Source: an uncultured delta proteobacterium
GTDB lineage: Bacteria > Desulfobacterota > Binatia > Binatales > Binataceae
Length of the DNA: 64,000 nt
Reading direction: 5' to 3'
NCBI GenBank assembly: GCA_963724765.1
Contig: CAVRVY010000002.1
Coordinates: forward strand, 416,001-480,000
Shown in pieces: positions 20,246 through 27,245 of the stretch (position 1 is its first letter; the number at the start of each line of letters is the position of its first letter). Made by a program: the position numbers and the translations under genes. The notes below the pieces were generated by a model. That model did no database searches. It had not been told where the DNA came from and was given only the letters and a program-made list of their open reading frames with translations.

Positions 20246-20722
20246 ATGAAACCGCGCGCTATCGCCGTGCTGATCGCCGCGCTCTCGATTGCGAGCACCG
20301 CGCTGGCCGGCGGCTCGCCGGCCGAGCTGTACACGCTCAACTGCTGGGGCTGTCACAAGCCACGCGCCGAAGGCATACCCGGCACCGTTCCGCGCCTGGC
20401 GGACTCGATGGCGGATTTTCTGCATGTGCCCGGCGGACGCGAGTATCTTGTCGAGGTGCCGGGCGTAGCGGCCTCTGCGCTGAGCGATGCCGAAATCGCG
20501 CAGGTGCTCAACTGGCTGCTCTTCAACTTCAACAAGGCCGAGATGCCAGCGGATTTTAAACCTTACACCGCTGCCGAGATCGCACGGGTCCGGCCGCATC
20601 AACTGATTCGCATTACCGAAACCCGCGACGACCTGGTCAAACGGCTAAAGGCCAAAGGCATAATCGTCCCCGACGACCAGCTTGCGGGCGAGGCGCTCGC
20701 GACCCCGCTCGCGCAGCACTAA
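20246..20722 (+). CDS. Monoheme cytochrome c
   Basis: Signal peptide, YTLNCWGCH, GGREYLVEVPGV, LSDAEIAQVLNW. Confidence 0.85.
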   Translation: MKPRAIAVLIAALSIASTALAGGSPAELYTLNCWGCHKPRAEGIPGTVPRLADSMADFLHVPGGREYLVEVPGVAASALSDAEIAQVLNWLLFNFNKAEMPADFKPYTAAEIARVRPHQLIRITETRDDLVKRLKAKGIIVPDDQLAGEALATPLAQH

Positions 20723-20867
20723 CGGAAGGTGCCCGGGCCGCGGGGCCGCGTGGCGGAGCAACTGGCATCGCGGGGCGGGCGATGCTACTGGAAACGCTGG
20801 CAGGAGCGCAGCGGGAACCGGCCTTGGGGATTCCGGGGGCGCGCCTGGCGAAACAGGAGACGGGCGA

Positions 20868-21389
20868 ATGGACGCACTGGTGGAACGTCTTTCACGAACG
20901 GTGGCGCAGCGGACCTCGCGGCGCGGCTTTCTGGGCTACCTGGGCAAGGCGCTGGTGGGCGGGATGATGATTCCGCTGCTGCCGATCAACCGGGTGGTGG
21001 AACAGGCGCAGGCGCAGATGAGCGAGGGGCCCACGGCGGAGGGCGAGGGGGGCGATCTGACGAGTTGCGATTACTGGCGCTACTGCGGCTTCGACGGCTA
21101 CCTGTGCAGTTGCTGCGGCGGGGCGCTGACTTCGTGTCCGCCGGGGACGGTGGCGTCGCCGACCTCGTGGGTGGGGACGTGCCAGCATCCGACCGACGGC
21201 AAGGAATACATCATCGCGTACCGGGACTGCTGCGGTAAGGACGTATGCAACCGCTGCTTCTGCGACAACAACAAGGGGCAGGTGCCGATCTACCGGCCGC
21301 AGTTGGACAACGACATCATCTGGTGCTTCGGGGCCAAGAACTTCGCCTACCACTGCACCACGGCGATCCGATTGGGCGTCAAAACCTGA
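20868..21389 (+). CDS. mauA: TTQ amine dehydrogenase light subunit, copy 2
   Basis: RBS AGGAG; Tat SRRGFL; CDYWRYC, SWVGTC, YRDCCG, NDIIWCFG, YHCT. Confidence 0.92.
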   Translation: MDALVERLSRTVAQRTSRRGFLGYLGKALVGGMMIPLLPINRVVEQAQAQMSEGPTAEGEGGDLTSCDYWRYCGFDGYLCSCCGGALTSCPPGTVASPTSWVGTCQHPTDGKEYIIAYRDCCGKDVCNRCFCDNNKGQVPIYRPQLDNDIIWCFGAKNFAYHCTTAIRLGVKT

Positions 21390-21460
21390 CCGCTTGGCTT
21401 AGGCTGTACTTTCTGACCAGCGCGCGCCGCTGAGCGCGCCGGCGCGCGGCCGCAACCGGT

Positions 21461-22888
21461 ATGGACGAACGCAAATTCGCCGAGGCCCTGGAACGTGCGT
21501 CCGCGTGGGTCGTGCGCTACTTCGAGCGTACGCGCGAGTTCCCCGTGCTGTCGCAAGTGCACCCGGGCGAGGTCGCCGCCGCGATGGGGCCCGCGATGCC
21601 GGAGGAGGGCGAAGACTTCGACGCCCTGCTCGACGACTTCGAGCGCATCGTGGTCCCCGGCATCACGCACTGGAACCATCCGCGCTTTTTCGCCTACTTC
21701 TCGATCACCGGCTCGGAGCCGGCCGTGCTGGCCGAGTTGCTCGCCGCAGCGCTCAACGTCAACGGGATGCTGTGGCGGACCTCGCCGGCGGCGACCGAGG
21801 TCGAGGAGGTCGCGCTCAAGTGGCTGCGCGACGCGCTGGGCCTGCCGCCGAGCTTCTTCGGTGTGGTGTACGATACCGCCAGCGTCTCGGGGCTGCATGC
21901 GCTGGCGGCCGCGCGCGAGTCGCTCGGGCTTGACGTGCGCAATCTCGGCACTGCGGGTCGCGATCTTCCGCGCCTGCGCGTCTACTGCACTGACCAGACC
22001 CACTCGCACATAGAGAAGGATGCGATCCTGCTCGGCGTGGGCCGCGAAAACGTGGTCAAGATCGCAACCGACGGTGCGTTCAGGATGGACCCGGCAGCGC
22101 TCGACCGCGCGATCGCTGAGGATCTCGCGCGCGGCTTTTTGCCGATGGCCGTGGCGGCAACGGTGGGCACCACCTCGACCACCTCGGTCGATCCGGTCGC
22201 CGCGATCGCCGAGGTCTGTCGCGCGCATCGCATATGGCTGCACGTCGACGCCGCCTACGCCGGGCCCGCGGCGATCGTGCCGGAGTTGCGCTGGCTGCTC
22301 GACGGCGCCGCGGCGGCCGACTCGCTGGTGGTCAATCCGCACAAGTGGATGTTCGTGCCAGTCGATCTTTCGATCCTCTACACCCCGCATGAGCCGCTGC
22401 TGCGCCGCGCGTTCAGCCTGATCCCGGCCTACCTCGAGACGCCCGAGAGCGAAGTGCGCAATTACATGGACTACGGCGTGCAACTGGGCCGGCGCTTTCG
22501 CGGCCTGAAGCTGTGGTTCGTGCTGCGCGCATACGGGCGGCGCAGGATGGTCGAGATAATCCGCAGCCACGTCGCCTGGGCGCAGGAACTGGCACGATGG
22601 ATCGGTGAGGCCGGCGATTTCGAAACCCTGGCGCCGCATCCGCTGTCGGTGGTCTGCTTCCGGCACCTGCCCGCGGGGCTTGCGCAAAGCCCCGGCGCGC
22701 TTGACCAGCACAATCAGCGCGTGGTCGACGAGATCAACCGCGGCGGCTTCGCGTTTCTCTCAACCACGCGGCTTAACGAACGCGTCGCGATACGCTTCGC
22801 GATCGGTAACGCGCGCACCACGGTCGCCGACCTGCGCGAGACCTGGGATCTGTTGCTGACCACCGCCCGTCGTCTCGCCAACGCCTGA
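21461..22888 (+). CDS. Group II PLP-dependent (aromatic L-amino acid-type) decarboxylase
   Basis: PGITHWNHPRFFAYF, SPAATE.E, GTTST..VD, WLHVDAAY, NPHKW, LGRRFRGLKLW. Confidence 0.9.
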   Translation: MDERKFAEALERASAWVVRYFERTREFPVLSQVHPGEVAAAMGPAMPEEGEDFDALLDDFERIVVPGITHWNHPRFFAYFSITGSEPAVLAELLAAALNVNGMLWRTSPAATEVEEVALKWLRDALGLPPSFFGVVYDTASVSGLHALAAARESLGLDVRNLGTAGRDLPRLRVYCTDQTHSHIEKDAILLGVGRENVVKIATDGAFRMDPAALDRAIAEDLARGFLPMAVAATVGTTSTTSVDPVAAIAEVCRAHRIWLHVDAAYAGPAAIVPELRWLLDGAAAADSLVVNPHKWMFVPVDLSILYTPHEPLLRRAFSLIPAYLETPESEVRNYMDYGVQLGRRFRGLKLWFVLRAYGRRRMVEIIRSHVAWAQELARWIGEAGDFETLAPHPLSVVCFRHLPAGLAQSPGALDQHNQRVVDEINRGGFAFLSTTRLNERVAIRFAIGNARTTVADLRETWDLLLTTARRLANA

Positions 22889-23436
22889 TCGCGCGGCCCT
22901 TGCGACCCGCGAGCGTGGCGAACCGGGCGGGGCTCGGCCGACGCCACGCTGCTGGAGCGGATGCTCTCGGCGGCGGCCCTCTGCGACGGATCAATTGGCA
23001 GAGCTGGGGAGTGCCCAGCGCCGCTGCCGTTCGGCAACGCATCGCAGCCGCTGGCGCAACTCGTGGTTGCGATTCAGCGCTGGTTTGCGCCTGAAGCCGC
23101 GTGGCGTGACAATCAACAGTCAGGCGCGACGCTAGGCTGCATGACACGCGAGATAAAAACTTGCAAATCGAATAAGAATAAGATTGACAAATTAGAATCA
23201 AACCAGCGAAATAGAGGATCAAGAAAACTCGGCGGAATTCGCATGCGGTAGCTGCCTGGGATCGAACATCGCTTTTCTGATCCTTGAAGGAGACTGCTTC
23301 GGACGGTCTTTGTCTAGCAGATTGCGTCTATGAGGGGTTTAACTATTGTAAGAGGCGGAGACTTCTGATAAATGTCTCTGCGTTACGCTTTGATGCGGGC
23401 AGGGCAGCAAATTACTAGGTTAAAGGAAGGCGCACG

Positions 23437-24384
23437 ATGAAGAGTAAGTGGACAACCCTTATAGCGGCATTTTTTGGTCTTTCGGTCGGGCTTGTCTTAA
23501 TGGGCTCGCAGGTCGCTTGGGCCAAGGTCGCTCGTCCGTTTGTGGGGGCAGTAGATCCCACGAATGTCTCCGGCTGCACGACGCTCAGCGGGAATGGCAC
23601 CATCTATCTGTTGACGCAGAACATCACTACTACTGGTACCGGCAACTGCATCGTTGTCAGCGGCCATGACGACACCCTGGATCTCCAGGGTTTCAATATC
23701 ACGGGACCTGGCGACTCCTCGAACGGAGATGGAATTAGGATTACGGGTAGCGAAAACGTGATTGAAGGTTTTAATGGCACCATCTCCGGGTTTGCGGTGG
23801 GCGTGTACGATGTCGGAGCGAACACCGCCGGCGATGGGATCAACGTCGAATCAAACACAGTCGGGCTGGAGATGGCCGGATCGGGCGAAGCAACGGAAAT
23901 TTGGACCAATTTTTCCGCGGACGGTAACAGCGAGCAGGGGGTCTACCTCAAAAGTTGTGGCGATGAGTGCAGCATTAGCGACTTCGACGCGTCGAATAAC
24001 GGCGCCGATGGCTTGCTCATAACGGGTTCGGAGGGACCGAGGATCAGTATCTTCACGGCGCTTGACAATGGCGGTGACGGCGTGCACGTAGGCTGCACGT
24101 CCGGTTGCGGCAGCAATTCCGAGGTCAAAGTCGGCGACGCGCCCATCGGGATTACGACTACGCCTGCGATTAGCGGAAACGCGGGTGACGGAGTTTTCCT
24201 GGATGCAAGCGAGTCGAGCAACCAGGACCAGGTCTACGTCATGAATTCGACTGGCAATGGCGGGATCGATCTACACGATGCGAGCAGCACGTGCGGCAAC
24301 AACCATTGGGTTCACAACAACTTCGGTACGTCCAAGGCCGGCTCTGTGACGAGTCCCAGCTGCATTCCGCTGAGCCCGTTCTGA
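23437..24384 (+). CDS. Secreted right-handed beta-helix repeat protein
   Basis: Signal peptide, LDLQGFNITG, repeated N..DG(V/I) rungs, Cys pairs, CGNNHW..NNF. Confidence 0.75.
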   Translation: MKSKWTTLIAAFFGLSVGLVLMGSQVAWAKVARPFVGAVDPTNVSGCTTLSGNGTIYLLTQNITTTGTGNCIVVSGHDDTLDLQGFNITGPGDSSNGDGIRITGSENVIEGFNGTISGFAVGVYDVGANTAGDGINVESNTVGLEMAGSGEATEIWTNFSADGNSEQGVYLKSCGDECSISDFDASNNGADGLLITGSEGPRISIFTALDNGGDGVHVGCTSGCGSNSEVKVGDAPIGITTTPAISGNAGDGVFLDASESSNQDQVYVMNSTGNGGIDLHDASSTCGNNHWVHNNFGTSKAGSVTSPSCIPLSPF

Positions 24385-24589
24385 TCGGCATGCGGAAACT
24401 CCTGGTTAGAGTCTTGATCGTTTGGGCGATTGCTCCGCGGGTCTTGCGACCCGCGGAGCGTCGGCTGTTTGATTCTTCCGACGACCCGCGTCGTTGAAAT
24501 ACCGATAGGCTTCCTGCCGGTGCTGGCGTCGCAACGGAAGCCGCACCACCGTCCTCAGAAATGTATTTTCCGGTATCGCTGTATAGCTG

Positions 24590-25579
24590 CTAAAGCGCAG
24601 TGCGGCGAACGTTCAAGTCGCGCAGGATCGCCTCTCTCACATCGGGAAGCGCGGAAAATTCGTTGGGTACGATGAGGCGTTTGACCGGGACGCGCCCGGC
24701 GACGAAGGACAGAAAATGGAACTGACGCTTCAGCATCGCGCGGTCGTTAATGTCGAGCCGGTAGGCCGCTTTGACCAGCCCCATAAGCGCATCCCCGAAA
24801 GCGAGTTCCCGGATCACGATCCGATCTAAGCGTTTGCTCGAGCGCGAGCGCTTGAGCAAATAGACGCGCGCGAGGCGGCGCCTTGTCGAGCAGAAGTCGG
24901 CGCGTCGAGAGCGGTCTTGCCAGCGCGATTTCGTCGTATAGCCGGCGACTGGCTTCAGATTTCGTGAACTTGCGCCAAGTCCCCGCATCGAATCGTCCCA
25001 CAACCGCAAGCCCGGATAGCCGGGGAGCGCCATGATGGCAGGGCCCTTGGCCAGCGCCAGGCAATCATCGCAGACCAGCGGATACCCCGATAACACGAAG
25101 CTCGCGGCGAGCGTCGATTTACCCGAGCCTGCAGGACCTGTGAACGCGCAAACGCCCTTGGGCGTCGCGATGGCGGTAGCATGGAGCGCCTCACGTCCAC
25201 GCAGGTTTACTACCAGCGGAAGCACCTGGTCGATCAGGAGATGTCTGATGGTTTCGAGGCTGTGGTCGCGGTTGGCGTTGCAGCAGACTATCTGGCTCCC
25301 GGAGCGGTCAACGATAAAATCGGCAATATCAGGAAACGACAGTACATAGTCCTCCGCGGTGGTACCGTAGCGAAGCCACATCTTGCCGCCTGGCGGCCGC
25401 GAATGCAGGTACCATCGAGGATTGAGCCGCACGTGCCGAAATCGTCCGCCAAGAATCGCGCGAACGGTCGCCTTACGCGCCGGTGCCTGAAGAGCGGAAA
25501 ACTCCGCAAGCGGGAGGTCTGAAACTATTCGCAGCCCGTAGGCCTGCTGAGGAAAGTCCGGGATCTCGGTCTGCTCAGG
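24590..25579 (-). CDS. HPr-kinase-like lasso peptide kinase (start unresolved)
   Basis: LHATAI, Walker A GPAGSGKST, CDD, LRLW. The frame stays open upstream of the tracked GTG through AYGLRIVSDLPL up to a TGA at 25580-25582. Confidence 0.8.
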   Translation of the reverse strand, partial: PEQTEIPDFPQQAYGLRIVSDLPLAEFSALQAPARKATVRAILGGRFRHVRLNPRWYLHSRPPGGKMWLRYGTTAEDYVLSFPDIADFIVDRSGSQIVCCNANRDHSLETIRHLLIDQVLPLVVNLRGREALHATAIATPKGVCAFTGPAGSGKSTLAASFVLSGYPLVCDDCLALAKGPAIMALPGYPGLRLWDDSMRGLGASSRNLKPVAGYTTKSRWQDRSRRADFCSTRRRLARVYLLKRSRSSKRLDRIVIRELAFGDALMGLVKAAYRLDINDRAMLKRQFHFLSFVAGRVPVKRLIVPNEFSALPDVREAILRDLNVRRTAL

Positions 25580-25736
25580 TCAGCGATGGTTCGCGCCGAC
25601 CGGAAAATGTCCTGTTGAAACCACCCGATTTATCCTGCGGAGAAAAAACACGGCCCGCTTCTTTCCCAAAGGTCCGAAGCGGCCATAATTTCATCAACGC
25701 AACCAGCTGGTCGAGAATTGGAAGTCAGATTCGGGA

Positions 25737-25892
25737 TCAGACCATGCGAGACCTGCCGTCAAAAGGGGGAATACTACCACCCGACGATGTGAGTTTTGCC
25801 ACGTCGCCATACTCTACAAGGCGAGGACGGGCATAAGCTTTCTTGATGGGCCGTATTTCTGGCTTTTTGAGCTCTTTCTTGGCTTTAGTCAT
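25737..25892 (-). CDS. Lasso peptide precursor, 51 aa: MTKAKKELKKPEIRPIKKAYARPRLVEYGDVAKLTS-SGGSIPPFDGRSRMV
   Basis: Hand translated; absent from the ORF track. AGGAG RBS, leader motif YxxPxLxxxGxxxxxT, Thr at -2, acceptor Asp at core position 9; lies inside the RRE/cyclase/kinase cluster. Confidence 0.92.
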   Translation of the reverse strand: MTKAKKELKKPEIRPIKKAYARPRLVEYGDVAKLTSSGGSIPPFDGRSRMV

Positions 25893-25946
25893 GCTTGCTC
25901 CTGTAGCTCCGTTTGCAGCTCCTACTGCATTAAGGCAATGCGCCTC

Positions 25947-25975
25947 TTTATATAGAAGTATTCCGCGTCTTGCAA
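25947..25975 (-). promoter_or_regulatory. sigma70-type promoter for the precursor gene
   Basis: Minus strand TTGCAA-N17-TATAAA, ~55 bp upstream of the precursor ATG. Confidence 0.55.
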
Positions 25976-26062
25976 CCTGCGTAAAGCGCTCGTCAGTTAA
26001 TTTGTCCTTGTGTTACTTAGTCGTGAGATAACACGATATCAGAAGAGATAACTAGGGTCAAA

Positions 26063-27208
26063 TCAACCGCCGTCTGCGTCAGGGAGGATAATTTTGGCTA
26101 CGAATTCCGACGCTTTAGCCAACGAAGGGAAAAGATCCGGATGAATCCGGATCATTTCTCTTTCTATTTCCGACAGCGTGCGTGTTCCATTTGCCAAGTT
26201 GACCGCAGACCTTCGCGCCAAACCCCACTCCGACAACCGAGGCACAAAGTCCGGCCGTGTCTTAGCCAACTCCCGTGGCATCAGCACCGTACTCTTAAGC
26301 GTGGAATGTACAAACCGTGCCTTCTCCCTACTCTTGGTATCAAGAACCAGGACCTTCCAGCTAACGAGATTCTGGGTGGTGATAGCTGTGATCGTAATAT
26401 TCAGAAACTCTCCTTTCTTCAGCACGACAGGCTTCTCGATCGGAAAGAACACGGCAGACCGTTTGATCCGCTTCTTGCTGAAGGGCGAGTTGGTAATGAT
26501 GACGCCTGGCGTCAGCTCGGCAATGAACCAGCCGCTAAGACCGTGCATGATGCCGGCCGCTGAAACCCTGATCTCCGCTTTCGCCGTGAAATGTTCCGGT
26601 GTCAGGTCCGTGAGGTCGAAGGTGACGAGGTGGGCGGGTTCGCCCAGCATTCGGCGCGGGCGCTTCTCGCTCGGGTAAGCGAAGTTGAATGCAATGCTGC
26701 GTGCCGGCGACATCGTCAGCCCCGCATGTCTATGTTTCCAGAAGCCTGCGATGCGCCACATTTCGGGAAAATTCACTGGCGCGAGGAACAGCTCGAGGCG
26801 TCGAGGTATAGCACGGGCGCCCGGCTTGAGCAGACGCCGACGGACGTCGTTGAATATCTCGGGCATCCCGGCGCCGATTCCGAAATAGCCTAGCTGATCT
26901 GCGATCACGACGTCGGCCTTTTCGGGAAGCTTCACACGACCGGAGTTTTCGTGAATCCCAAAGGTACTTTGCCCGTAACCATTCGCGGCGGCTACGTCGC
27001 GGGCGATTTGGATCATCGGCGTCTGATCAACCTGGTATACTTTCGCGGCCCCCGCCTCCATCGCGAGCAGGCCAAGCACGCCTGTCCCACAGGCGAGGTC
27101 AAGCACGATGTCTCCAGGCTTGACCACCGCGTTAATCGCCCGTCGAAACGCTGACGTTCGGTACAGGTCGGAGAGATACAGGCGATGCTCGTCTAGCATC
27201 AGAGACAT
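26063..27208 (-). CDS. PRMT-fold class I SAM methyltransferase with C-terminal helical extension
   Basis: EH..YLSD..R..AF..AI, VLDLACGTG, AGA.KVY, LPEKADVVIAD, RRLLKPG..IP, then beta-barrel HGLSGWF..L, as in protein arginine methyltransferases. Confidence 0.8.
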   Translation of the reverse strand: MSLMLDEHRLYLSDLYRTSAFRRAINAVVKPGDIVLDLACGTGVLGLLAMEAGAAKVYQVDQTPMIQIARDVAAANGYGQSTFGIHENSGRVKLPEKADVVIADQLGYFGIGAGMPEIFNDVRRRLLKPGARAIPRRLELFLAPVNFPEMWRIAGFWKHRHAGLTMSPARSIAFNFAYPSEKRPRRMLGEPAHLVTFDLTDLTPEHFTAKAEIRVSAAGIMHGLSGWFIAELTPGVIITNSPFSKKRIKRSAVFFPIEKPVVLKKGEFLNITITAITTQNLVSWKVLVLDTKSREKARFVHSTLKSTVLMPRELAKTRPDFVPRLSEWGLARRSAVNLANGTRTLSEIEREMIRIHPDLFPSLAKASEFVAKIILPDADGG

Positions 27209-27245
27209 TTTGCCGGTTCCATTCCAGTTAGCTCTAACTTACTCG

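Noticed and set aside
16741-21389. Evidence of methylamine methylotrophy
   Set aside because: The light-chain Cys pattern is AADH-like, mauG/amicyanin/mauF are absent, and a decarboxylase is linked; the substrate cannot be assigned from sequence.
16678-22711. Long antisense ORFs (16678-17919, 21347-22711; also 40009-41292)
   Set aside because: Shadows of GC-rich real genes on the opposite strand; no motifs.
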